A DNA stretch of 64,000 nt, taken from Acanthaster planci. Its lineage: Eukaryota. The position numbers and the translations under genes are program-made. The notes beneath the pieces were generated by a model. That model did no database searches and was not told the origin of the DNA. It saw only the letters and a program-made list of their open reading frames with translations. Shown in pieces: positions 11,927-24,001 of this stretch. The stretch spans positions 1,328,135-1,392,134 of the forward strand of contig NW_019091355.1 in NCBI RefSeq assembly GCF_001949145.1, written 5' to 3'. Each line of letters opens with the position of its first letter. The stretch's first letter is position 1.

Positions 11927-12348
11927 TTATGCAATCACGTGTCCTTTACCAATCTTTCCATAATCATGGTGCTTCACACATTCAGTTTTGAAGTTGGTCG
12001 CAGGGCTGGCCACGCCCACCCACACTTCTTCTAGCCCTCTCATGTAGGCGTACATCTCCGCCAGCCTCTTCCTGGTGTCGGCAGGTGGGTGATTGCGGTA
12101 GGAACAGTACACAATGGTCAGCACGACCACCAGGAAGAAGGTGACCGCCCCACCGACGATACCAACGACTACGGTAGGGTTGGGTGGGGGCTGGGAACAG
12201 CCAGTGCCGGCCCACGAACGAGGCGGTGGACGGTGCACTACGGCCGTGTTGTCCAGAGAGTGGAGCTTGGAGGACCTACGTATTTTCCTGTCCATGAAAG
12301 GAGGTGTGAGACTCCTAGCTGCCTGCATGCCGTGCCACGGAGCTGCCT
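11927..12348 (-). CDS. Uncharacterised single-pass type I membrane protein, exon 3 (furin-like site, TM helix, cytoplasmic tail)
   Basis: Acceptor ttttcccttgtgtag|AG (phase 1) is in frame with ORF 11927..12328. Contains RKIRRS, TM VVVGIVGGAVTFFLVVVLTIVYC and tail SYRNHPPADTRKRLAEMYAYMRGLEEVWV...HVIA*. Composition is GC-rich and coding-like. Confidence 0.8.
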
Positions 12349-12754
12349 CTACACAAGGGAAAAATTACATTAATCGTGAATCTCTACAGAAGGACAATGT
12401 GACAAATTCCTACAGAAAAGCGACAAAAGCCACCTTTTTTGCGTCAATTAACTTTTTATTAAAAAAGAGAGGTAGGCCTAATTTGAACAAAGTTGCATAT
12501 CACAAAGTGGTATCTCTACTGAATGGTACGGCATCCATCTGCCAACAAGGCAAGAAATGATTTTTGCACGTTTAAATTAATGCCGATTCTTAATCCCTGT
12601 GAAGTTCCACTGAGGCAGATCCTGGTGCAACATCTTGAGAGAAGATAACAAATAAGTTCTTGAATCCATGAGCTTCAATAAAACTTCCATCACCACCCAT
12701 AAAACCTAACTGCAATTACCGGAACTACCAAGTCATAGCCAAGACCCGGTCTTA

Positions 12755-12818
12755 GTTTTGCAGGCATCCGCCCTTCTTGTGGGTGCAGATGGGGGAAACC
12801 AGTACCTCTAGCAATGCC
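12755..12818 (+). ncRNA. Degenerate HDV-like ribozyme fold
   Basis: Element order P1-P2-P3-L3(UUCUUGU)-P3'-P1'-GG-P4-CUAG-P2' found by hand; P1 and P2 each carry imperfections. Confidence 0.35.
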
Positions 12819-13220
12819 GGGCCCACCGGCCTCAATGCGAACAGCGTTAGCTACACACTTCCTGCCCCCCATTCCCTGTGCCCTTTGCCCGTGCATGAAA
12901 GCTGAGTATGTGACACAACCCACCCCCGTGGGGACAGGGTCAGTTATGGTGCCACGTTCGAGACAGTATTGGCAAAGGAAGGCTTCCCTTGGCCGGCAAA
13001 GTACTCAGGTAATAGCTGCTGATTGATGGGAAGAACCAAAACCCTGATGAATTTTCAGTGACGGAAACAATTGAAATTTACCAAAATGAGAAGGCATCCC
13101 AGAAAGACGGAACACCCATGTGTGGCCTTGACAAAGGGGCACAGTAAGTCTGATTTAAACCAAACAAAAAAGGAAGATAAAACAAAACCAAAACCCAAAA
13201 TCAAAACCCAAACCAACTAA
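12755..13220 (+). mobile_element. Putative non-autonomous retroposon remnant in intron 2 of the orphan gene (antisense to host)
   Basis: GC-rich block ending in an A/C-rich simple-repeat tail (AAACC/AAAAC, ~13157-13220), with an HDV-like fold at its 5' end. No target-site duplication found. Confidence 0.4.
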
Positions 13221-13520
13221 CCTACATTGTGGCCGCAATTTCAGAAGGGAAGCTTTAGTTTGTGGATTTATGCCCTTTTGACGGATTAAATGGCATAAAT
13301 AACGTACGACACACAGTTAGTGTCGTCCATTGGGAAATGAACATAATCAATTAGCAAATAAAGAATTACACATGAAATCTAACCTCTCTTTGAGTTAACG
13401 GAAATACATGGTTGGCTTTGGTGGGAAGGAAATACTTGGACTGTTGGTCATAGCCTCGCAATTAACCTATTTTATGCATGCGCCCGTTGAGTAAATGTCT
13501 TCAGTTATCGTCGACCATAC

Positions 13521-13647
13521 CAGAGACTCGTCCTATCTCCCTGTCCCTGGCGAGTTGTTCCACTTGCCACGGGAATGAGGTCCCCGGCCCGTGGCCCACA
13601 ACATTAGCTTCACTCTGCGCCGGATCCATCATCTCCTCGCGAACATC
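13521..13647 (-). CDS. Uncharacterised membrane protein, exon 2
   Basis: Acceptor ttttcggtctcttcag| and donor CTG|GTATGG; 127 nt, phase 0 to 1, which exactly bridges the phases of exons 1 and 3. Encodes DVREEMMDPAQSEANVVGHGPGTSFPWQVEQLARDREIGRVS. Absent from the ORF track because it is short. Confidence 0.7.
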
Positions 13648-16600
13648 CTGAAGAGACCGAAAAAGATTTCACTTGCCATCATATCCCAGCGTATAGTCTC
13701 GTGAGGGCGTTCCAGAACGCCTCGAGGGAGAGACTAATAATCCAAAGCGGAAGGATTAGTCGATAGGAAGTGGCCTCTAGCTCGGGTCAAGGGGCGACAC
13801 AAATCAGTAATAAAGATACATAATGAATACACAACGAAACGTTTGCAGTAGACCTTCCAGTTACCGTATTCAATACTTTCTAAGTGCTGATTTTTTTATT
13901 TGATCCCTTATTCACAACGACCTCGATGATTCGGGGACATTTTGCGACGATGTCCAGAAAAATACCAACGCCATGCAGCGCCTCAGCTAGGCTCCACAGC
14001 TTCCCAACCATAAACACGACTGCGTTCCTCCTACACACTACACTTCACACTCACACGAGATCCAACTGACGTGTAGATTTTTGTTTTATAATGATAACAA
14101 CATGCGTGATATTTTTGGCTTTCCTGTTCGTCCCTCTTCCCACCCTGTCCACCAAAGTTGTTCTCGATCATGCCCGCCATTACAGCAAGAATTTATTGTT
14201 GGAGTCTGTTTTGTGCCTCCTTTTCAATTCGATAGGTGGCAAACTGGACGACTTAACAGCAAATGCCTGAGCACGCTGCGCGTGCTCCCCAAGTGCGGAT
14301 TTTCCAATCTGTGCCGACTTCACACCCGTAAATAATTCACTCCAAGCTGCACGATGGCCCCTTTGGTTTGCCGTGATTTTATTTCCCTTCCTCGTTTCCT
14401 TGCCATAACGAACCCCTTCCGAGGGGAACCCCTGACTGACACGCATCTGAATTAGTTTCCCTCTTTTTCCGCCTTCCTACATGATAGTTGGTGCTACTCG
14501 AGCGTGGTGCAGCCAGATAGGGGCCGATAACCCTTAGGTATACGAGGTACTCCGGTCTGTGGACAACCATCTATCACACGTCACTCCCAGCATACACAGA
14601 AGCATTGAAACACCCAATTTAACATTGCCTAGCCTTATGAAATATGAGACGTCAAATACGGGGTTGATGTACTACCTTATAGCAATATCCCTTTCGACGG
14701 TTCGTTCACTTCGTTCTGGTAGTTTAACTGAGAATTAGGTTAAAGTTAACCGCATACCCAGGCTATGATTGTGCACTTTTGTGACTGAGCTTGATTTGGT
14801 CTACTGGAGAACATTTCCCGCGCATTAGTTGTAATTATTCGCACACAGTTCCAAATCTATACCACATCAATTTGCATCATTTAACGTGCATTGACTCTGC
14901 GAAGAAATAGCAGATGGGGCTGTTGAGCTAGCTGACTCACAAAATACCAGCTGAGTGTATTGGGACCTGTGTTTGGGACGAAGTGGGCTGCGTGCGCAAT
15001 GGCCCTTCAGCCCATGGGCGTTGAAGACCCATTAATTTTTCATCTGAATGTGCACAGATCCGGAATATCATTTTCGCACGGGTGTAGGCGGCAGGTGTCG
15101 GCCACACGACTCTGCTTGTCATCGTTAATTGGGCCATAAAGGGTACAGAATTTTTTTCTCAAAAGGTGTGGTCAGGACGACGGACTATAGGAAGTGAAGT
15201 CCTGATCGATGCATGGCGTGCTTTGTAACGGCTCTGTTTAAAACAACAGTCCCGATCTTGTTCAGTAAGGTATTGGTACTCATTCCTGGAACCCGGTGAT
15301 TACGTATCTTCAACAAGGTAGATTTCAGGAAACGGGCTGAACAGATTAATCCAAACTCCATTTGTCGCCGTTAAATATATTCCCAGTTTTACGGCTCGCA
15401 GAATAACGATATGGTCAGAACCTAACTGGTGCATGGGCGCTTGAAATTTATTTCCCTATCAACTGTTCTTGCAATTCGTGGCCCGTTTCTCTGGAAGATA
15501 AAGGCGATATATCAAAAAGCTGACATTCCTCCATCTGTGGTTGCACAAAAAGCGATCAATCAAGGGAAGTGATCCACTAAATGATCGATGAATCAATGTT
15601 TTTTGCTCTTCAGGGTCACAGTTTTAAGTAAAAATGTTGGACTCGTGGCATTTGTATAGGCCCTAGGGGTAAGGTGAAATGTCAGGGTGCTTTAACGATT
15701 TAGGATTTGTCAAGTTCTGTAGAAAAGGTGCAGAAATACTGCAGCACCAGTAACGGACATCTTATTTATCTCCTTTCCGTTTTACTTACAGATGCATTTA
15801 ATTAATAAGGTTTCGGGCCGGATTATTTACACGTTGTCTTTGCTTTGTCTAATGGGCATCTTGATTTGTTACTACTAAGAATTAAAGCCAATAAAAACTA
15901 TGGCTTGTAAACTCGATCAACTATATTCCTGCAAGAGCTAGCTTTCTCTCATCGAGACCTTGTAGATGATAGAGCAATAGCTGTGTGCCTCATCAAAGCC
16001 ATTGTGGGCGGGACGTGCGTATGGCGCATGCGGAAAACATACCACTGAATTTCGTTTGAATGCACACAAACCGATGCGTCCGTAAATTTGGCACTACAGT
16101 TTTGAAAAACGTTTACAGTGTGGTGAGATGCACTTTAGACAATGTTGGGGCCGTTCTGAGCCACCGTTGTCGGGCAGTCAATGAACTCACCAACCACCAA
16201 AAAAAAGCAAAAAATCTGACAATCCATCAAGCAGCAAGCCCACGAGATCAAGTAGAAACTAACAAGCAATAAAACACGCATGCAACCGATCTAGATACTC
16301 TTCTTGAAGACTGTGACCTCTCCCATGATGGGTGACTCGTCTTCAGGAAGACGATGTTCCTTTGTAATTAATCAGATCTAATCTAGATATTCGTGGGATG
16401 TCATTATCAAACCTTTCTATCTAAGGAAAAACAAGGGCAGTGCTTAAACGACTAAACTTCCAACAAGAGTAACATTAATACTGAAAGCATCATTTCATAC
16501 AACAATTTCAGGCGATGAATTGCGTTCACACTGCCATTCAGTCGTACATGTAGAAAACACCAAAATCTTCCCAGTTCATGTACTGGTAACTCCAACCGGG

Positions 16601-17377
16601 ATGCCATATCTTGACTCGGTTTGTTTTTCTGTTTGAAAGCAATTGGATCAAAGGGGATTTGGCTGCAGCATAGAAAGGGCACGTTTTCATATGTTCGATG
16701 TGTCATGTGACACTGACTGAAGCCAGCCACGGATAAAGAGCCCATTCAGGGATAAGACTACCTTCCTGTGATATTAACCGTTTCCCATAGAGGAATAAAG
16801 AAAATGTTCTGCCCAACTTCGATTTTAATCTGGTTTGAAATACAGACACGCGCCTGATGCATGGCCGTCGCCAATGAATTTAAAGCGCAAGTATTTTACG
16901 ACAGATTGCCACGATATAAGTCAAAAGCAGAAAGTATTTGAGCTGCAGCATCTACAGGTTAGCCTTTTCAAACATTGATACTTTGAATTGATAAAACCTT
17001 GAATGCCAGAGATTCTTTTGATCTGTCCATTACCCCTCACCTATCCAAATAGTGACTTGACCACCACTGTCCATCCAACCTTCTGCGACAAGCTCGATCG
17101 GTGGTTGAGTGGTTATACCTTTGCTCTAAGCGGGAAGTCGTAGGTACGAGTCCAGCACTGCATGGCAGATGGTGGATGCTTACCATAAAGAAACAACGTT
17201 TAGCATAACTTCGTCGGTAGAACGCAAACACGATATTCAAACTTGGCTAACACTGTCTTGAACGATATACGGAGTGTGTATGAATGTCGATTTTGAGAGA
17301 AATGATCGTCATACAATCGATAACTGGAAACTGACAAAACGCAAGCGGCGCAACCGTAGGCCTAGCTTAATACTCAC

Positions 17378-17566
17378 GTTGGTTGCTGGAGCTCCTTTCT
17401 CGACAGGACGTGCCTCATCGGGATTCCCCGAGCGATACCGGCCTGGGACCGAGCCAGACGCCGCCCCGGGCACCGCGTGGAGAAGCAGCGCCGTCAGGGG
17501 AAGAAGGACGACGACGCACAGATCCCGTGGTGTCCTCGCAAGAATCTGGCTGCCGCGGCATGCCAT
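17378..17566 (-). CDS. Uncharacterised membrane protein, exon 1 (signal peptide)
   Basis: ATG in gtgATGG context and donor AAC|GTGAGT; 63 codons. MACRGSQILARTPRDLCVVVLLPLTALLLHAVPGAASG looks like a signal peptide (basic n-region, hydrophobic core, small-residue cleavage region). CpG-rich. Confidence 0.78.
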
Positions 17567-17755
17567 CACGTTGCAAGACTCGGGTTTCTGCCTCGAATTA
17601 CTGGAATGATAATCCGTGCAAGTGCTGCTTGTCTTAGTAAGCACTAACACAAGTCTTCCCTCTCGGGTTTATTCAGATTAAAAGTCCTTCCTCCCGGCTT
17701 GACAGGGCAAGAGAGGCCCCCGTTTTGTGAGGGGGAGGGTAGCAAGAGGTAGGCC

Positions 17756-17761
17756 TATATA
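17756..17761 (-). promoter_or_regulatory. Candidate TATA element of the orphan membrane-protein gene
   Basis: CTATATAG about 190 nt upstream of the ATG at 17566; motif and position only. Confidence 0.3.
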
Positions 17762-19629
17762 GACTTGCTCTGACCATCACGCTTTGACAGCCTTTGATCT
17801 GCACGATTTCCGCTGCCTCAGTTAATCACTCTAGAGAGAGGATAGCCGGCTTGCTGTTATCGAAATGGTGAAGAGACTTTCGCAAATCGTACAGATGACG
17901 ACCTGCTACAATACAAGAGCCCCACGTTAAAACTGCACTCCGCCAATCACTACATGTACAATTTTGAGAGTATATGGTTCGGTTTCACAACCGCTTGAGT
18001 CCCCAGCGGCATTCCGGGACCCCCTTAAACGATTTGGTGAAGGAGGAAGCTCAATAGGGAGAGCATAAACACTAATTCCCAAGGCATATATGGATTTATA
18101 TTTGAAGTATTTTTCTTTTCTGCCGAGTTGAACTGTCAGAATTGTATTTGCCTTTTTTTTACAACATGAGGGACCATGCTGTTGCTGTGCCGGACTGAAT
18201 CGTCCCGGTGCGCCGGTGCTAACGGCAGTGCGAGGTTCAAGAGGTCACATTTTGATATGACCCATTTAGCGAAGTTAGATTTTCTCCAAACCGGTAGGCA
18301 CTAAAATAGGTAAAGAGGCCTTGGTATCCTTGGGTTGAAAAAACCCAGTATTATTAGATCTTGTTGGCTGTGGTGCTGCCTCGATCGGTGCTTTATTTGC
18401 ACAAACCTACCGCCAGCTTTATTTATCTTATTTGCAGGAGCTTAGGTTCATGACTTAACAAGTTTCAGATATCCCACTTCCCTTTAGGGTGACGCTGCTA
18501 AGAGGCACGTTCTATAAGTGCGCCGAGAAGCAGAACGCACGTGTCAAGCCACGCATTAAAGAAGACCGACACGTAAGCCTACTTGTTAAAAATTCTTCAC
18601 AAACTTTTAGAACGTTGCATCAACAATTTTTCTGTAATGAAACGACGGCTTGTACAAACGTCATACGCGATATACCCAAGAGATGTTCGGTAAGCACGTA
18701 ACGACTTGCGCCGTGAGATGCCTGCCTTGAAGTTTCCAGACGTTATGTTGCAATAGACATTTCATAAAACGTTAAAGCGAAACAAGCAATTGAGCAAAGT
18801 TGCCGGGGTAAGTGACTATCTCGTTATGAGAGGACATCATAAAAGCAATCCTATTCTATGCGAGGGCTGGTGCATGGGTGTATATGTGGACACAATAATA
18901 AGTTTTGGTTCAAAAGAGGCGAAAAAGGTGTGAAAAAGAGCAGCAACGAAGGCCTCAAATAATGTACAATGTTTGTGGTTTATGCGTATTAATTAAGGCT
19001 TGGGGTGAAATAATAATTACCTCGCATCTGCCAAGGTAGGATAAACTGGGTTTAAGTGTGAAAAAAAAGATTTAATAATTTTACATCGTATAATAGATAG
19101 CTACAAGTTGTTAACACTGGGCAGCATCGATGCTTATATTGGATCTGTCGCGGCGTTATCCTGACCCTTTGGAAATTACATATTTTTTTTTATTTCTGTC
19201 ACTGAATATCAGAAAGGAAATGCCGCTGGTGCATAGGGAACCAAGTCCCGGAACTTTGTTAAGTAAGAAGTCACGGAAGCGATCACTTTGGGACCAGCGC
19301 TGATCCCCCCCGACTCCCACACACGCTAATAGCCTCCTGTTTTTCCGACCACTGACCCCGGCCGCTTCCGCAGTAATAAATCAGTCCGACTTTCCCTCTG
19401 AGTGCCTTGGTACCAGTAAGTTCCATTAGCTGAATCAGTTCTTCCACAATGCATGGTGCAAATGGCCACTGATGACCCCTGATTTCCCCCCTTCCCGAAA
19501 TTTGCGCGATGCTCATGAACGTTTAGGGCTTATAACAGTATGGAAGCGGTGGATGTTTGATAGTACTCTTGTTAAAACATGTTTAATCCACGGTGCGTGT
19601 AGGCATCGGTTCGTTTGATAGTGCCAATT

Positions 19630-19645
19630 ACACACACACACACAC
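19630..19645. repeat. (AC)8 microsatellite
   Basis: acacacacacacacac seen directly. Confidence 0.85.
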
Positions 19646-22245
19646 CGATTTTCCTCTGAATGAGTACAAACTGGTATCTACGTGTCGGCACCGAAGGTTT
19701 GAGTGGGAAAGGTATCCAGTGCTTGTTGTTGTTGTTGTTTAGTTTATTGTTTTGTTTTGTTCGTTTGTTGTTTTTTGGATCGAATCCTTGCGACAGCATC
19801 CCTCCTTACTAAGCGATCCACGGTATCAAACTTAATGTAGGTCTTTATAATTGTCCAAGGGCAGAACCTCTCGTACAGAGCGTAAGTACCAGACTGGCAG
19901 AGGAGAATTTTTCTGTTCGCCATGACCTCTTTCAAACAACTGAGATGAACAGTACAATGGAGCTGGTCCTAGGAGCAAACCAAATTGAACAGAGTCGGAT
20001 CAAAGTGACGCAGTACCGAACACTGAGATGGATAACTAAGGAACCGAATTTTGGTCAATGGCTACACACGAAATAAACGGGGAAATTGTCAAACGCCAGT
20101 CAAACTAAGCCGAAGTAAGCCCAGCCTGCATACTCTTTAGGACTCTTATTTCAGTTCATTCGCCAATGTTGCCTCTGTTTTCTCTCAAAACCTAGAGTAC
20201 AGCTGACTCCACCCCATGACTTCAACACCGGCCTGCATGTTGTCCAGCTTCGCTTACTTCCAGACCGGTAACACTATCATGAATGCAGTCTGCTAGCTAC
20301 ACACCGAGACAGCCCTCCCAACTTCCGCTATCAATTCATTACCCACCGGGACCTTCAAGTCTGATTTATATCATCTTCCACAGAGCCTGTCAGATCACCG
20401 ATCTCGCAACATTCAGATGCTTGACTGTTCAACATTCAACTTCAGAATGAATGATCAGTATGTGCTTTTGGACTTCACCCCAACCTGACTTGAAAACAGA
20501 ATTTTGACCTGCTCATCACAAAAACGTAACAGCACGTGCAGCGGGGCCATGCAGCTCCTGCAGAATTCATTATGAAAAGTCTAACGGTATCCTCTCGTGC
20601 ATTTCACCCCCGTAGTACCAGAATCGCTATCTTCTATTTATATCGCACACTTCTTGAACAGTTCTGTGAAATGAATGATATGTAGCGCCCTCTGGAAATA
20701 TCAGACGTGGTGCTATGCATGGTAAATACCCGATTACCTATTAGAGGGCGCCATGCAAACCCTTGTTTTCTGCTCGAGAACGTCCAATCGGTTATTGGGT
20801 ATAGACTTTGGAACAATGACGTACGCACAAGAAGAAACCGATAATGGAGACGAAGTCAATATTGAAGGGAAAAAGTGTCCCAGGTTTTGTTTATTATTCC
20901 AGGTTACGTCACTTGGCTAACAGTTCAACGGAACGCAAGGCAAGCTGGCTTCTGTGCCTGGGTTCGAGGTAGGCCTACATTATCGGTAGATTAGTTTGAC
21001 TGCCTCCCCACTGAAGTCATCTGCCGCAGCGTCAAACGTTGCTAATGAGAGCTCCGGTCAATTCGACGAGTGAAAAGTCGATCAACAACGGGCAGTGCAC
21101 GACCAACATTTTGTTAACTACATTATGCAACGTATTTGTAACCGACCAGGGCTGTGCATGGTCAGCACTACTCTGTCCTCCATTCAAGTCTTTAAAAATA
21201 CACACTTTTGTTTCAATAATCAGCCAAACACAGAAACTCTGCATCCAAACTGCCACATGTATTTATCGATTGCGTCAAACATTGCTACAGTGATAATATA
21301 GTACAATATTTACATAATTACATCCAGTTGTAAGAAGAGGACCGTTTGGGAGAGAACACATTAAATAAACATCACCAGTTGGTACTTCGAAACTCTATAG
21401 TCTAATTTGAGGACACGCAATAGACATACAGGCACTGATGTAGTCACAGTTTCTTATGGTACTCATATGTAGGAAGTGCACTTCTTTACAAGGTGTGACT
21501 TCATCAGTACCGAAACCAATCACACTGCGATCACACCACAGTCACGCGCATTCCTAACCTCGACGCGCGGGTGCCACACATCCCCACATTGGCTGAACAA
21601 GGTTGTTTCATGTGCGCATGTATAATGTACATTACTTGCTTATTTGCGTAGTACCAGGCACATGATTTCTACCTCTGCCTGTTGAACTCGTCTATATTCG
21701 ATGAACATTACGGGACTCGCATTCCATCCTGCGACCACCAGAACGTGTACTCTGCCCTCGGGCTTTTATATTGTTTTTCTGATTGAAAGATAATGGAAAT
21801 ATTAGATGTATCTCAACATGTTAAAAGCACTAACATTTCGATAGCACTAAATCTACCTCAAGGCAAGAACAAGTCATTAGAGAGGTCATACACGTACCAC
21901 TTAATAAATGTTAGATTTTACACGGAAGGAAAATGATCCGAAGGTGAACTGAGTGTTCACTTACAAATCTAATTCCAGCTTCTTTCCCAACCAGATTGTA
22001 AGGACAATAGAGCTATCATCTGGATCTGTTTTTATTACAGAAACCTAACGTTTTAGCTAACATGATATGGAATTTACCTCTACAACATACTTTCACGCGA
22101 ATAATCTTTCAGTGGATACGATGTACTATTATAAAACCGTTTGTCCGTAGTAACAACTTTGCATCCCCCCTTCTTTTAGGGGTGCTTCTTTTAACTTTGT
22201 TGTATGGAAATCTCCCAGGCAAATATGGATCAGCCAGCATTCTTT

Positions 22246-22732
22246 GTAACTATGACCATCTTTGAAAAGCTTAACTTGTTACGCAGCAGCTATCCCACAC
22301 ATGCATCTATATGACCTGTAGGGCTGTGTTGAAAACGAGCCTACACGTATCACTAGTAAGTTTCTCTGGGTTGGTTCATGTGAAATACTTCCGACTTGCT
22401 GTTGCGTACGTTTGATGAGGGGTGTTAAATTCAACACCCCTGGTGTTATCAGAGGACTGTTGTTGGTGTTATTTGGTGTTACTTTTAACACCCTCCCAGG
22501 CATTGTAACACTTATAGATGTGCAAAGTAACACCAGCACTGTTAAAGTAACATCCTATGGTGTGGTGATCTGATAACACCAACAGTGTTGATTTATAACA
22601 CCACAGTTTTTGCAGCGAAGGCGTCCAAAATAGCGTTTGAAGTTCTGGCGTTGTTAAACTACCACCTTCTATCATGACGACGGTACCGTGCCTTTGGTAA
22701 CTATGACCATCTTTGAAAAGCTTAACTTGTTA
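22246..22732. repeat. Perfect 36-bp direct repeat pair 451 bp apart
   Basis: GTAACTATGACCATCTTTGAAAAGCTTAACTTGTTA at 22246-22281 and 22697-22732. Confidence 0.9.
22418..22617 (-). mobile_element. AACACC/GGTGTT-rich MITE (CACT-type termini, EnSpm/CACTA-like), copy 1
   Basis: Its reverse complement aligns by eye along its length with 57605-57837, sharing gctggtgttactttgcac, agtaacaccaaataacaccaa and gtcctctgataacacc. Ends ...tttttgcagcg. Confidence 0.7.
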
Positions 22733-23972
22733 AGCAATATTTTTACCACGGGCAAGATTTACACTGTTAATTTGGCAACTGTACAGGAAAGGGAGCCCAC
22801 CTATGTTCAAGGGATTGGTTTCTTCTTCCGAGGCCAATATGCTAGTTATGCGTGCGTTACACTGCGTTTGGCAACCACAATTCGACAGGTCACCCTTTGA
22901 TCGTCCCACATAGGCCTAATCCGCTAAATTGAAAGACATTTTAGTTCAAGCAGGTACGCTACAGGTACTTTACTCTTCTTGACAGTTTCTCGTTGCTACA
23001 CGGCAAGTTGTCGTGTCAAACAGGCAAGTAAATAAACTATAGCTCTTAATACAAAATGTGTAAGCTTAATGGGAGCAACAATAGGAAATGAAGTGTCACA
23101 GTTTTCAGGCACGTTCAATATCACACAGTTGGTATACAGTTATTGGCATACCAGTATACCCTGAACATACCTTCACTGTCGGTGGTATGCATACGTAATG
23201 TGAAGAACTGTGCCCCAGGCGTGCTTGTGGGATGAGTTCCGCCTAAGTGGAGGCCGTTTTGTTTTAATAATTAAATTTAGAGACAATGAAAGAATAAAGG
23301 GTTTAAGTGCATATGGAACAAAAAATACAACATCCATTAATGCAGATGAGAGTGCCGAGGCAAGCTCGCTACAGGCAGAGTATCCCCTTGAGTATGCAGC
23401 AACACTTATCTTGTGCTTGAATCGGCTGACTGTCAGCATGTCAATCATTACTCAATTATGAACTAGGATTGTACTTTGGTGGAAGGGTAGTGGCTATAAA
23501 TAGAATAGAGCTGGTTGTAAGAGAAGGTCTCTACAGTTCAAACGGCGTGCTCGTCTTGAGCATACTGTTTCCTGTTTGTTTTCCAAAAGAACCTGAAATC
23601 CACCGTGCGATGCTTTTAGTTCAAGCAACGCGCGCTTGCGGTAAGTTACTGATGGCTTCTTGGCTAAGCCCCAATGCTCAATACGACTCGAACAACTACA
23701 AAGAGATTCATTTGATTCCCTTCTGTGATTAAAGTACAAGAACCATATCCATATATTTCGTAGCACGTTCAAAAATAGCAGCTTAAGTCAAAGTACACCC
23801 CATCTGACTGACGTATGAGAAACAGGCACAGTCAGAGATTGATTCAACCTGATCCACATTATAAAAAAAAACTTGTGGGAGGAGCTACACATAAATAATC
23901 TTGAGAACGCAATAAAGTCGCGAACAGTGAATTGTTACAGGCATTTTATACAATCCCTTGATTTTTTAATAC

Positions 23973-24001
23973 TGTTTGTTTGTTTGTTTGTTTGTTTGTT
24001 T
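23973..24001. repeat. (TGTT)7 microsatellite
   Basis: tgtttgtttgtttgtttgtttgtttgttt seen directly. Confidence 0.9.

Noticed and set aside
13044..13080. CTGATGA...GAAAC hammerhead-like words (also CTGACGA at ~54628)
   Set aside because: No helix I or II complementarity and no correctly placed NUH triplet.
14768..14792. Partial similarity to miR-153 (and 11 nt of miR-33 at ~26141)
   Set aside because: The matches are partial (the miR-153 seed is not matched) and there is no precursor hairpin.
11927..17566. Idea that the orphan gene encodes the neuropeptide ligand of the neighbouring receptor
   Set aside because: No luqin/RYamide-like RWG or RYG followed by a dibasic site, no repeated amidated peptides, and it has a TM anchor.
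19957..20600. Possible highly decayed L2/CR1 LINE fragment
   Set aside because: Only vague compositional and peptide resemblance; not supportable without a profile search.
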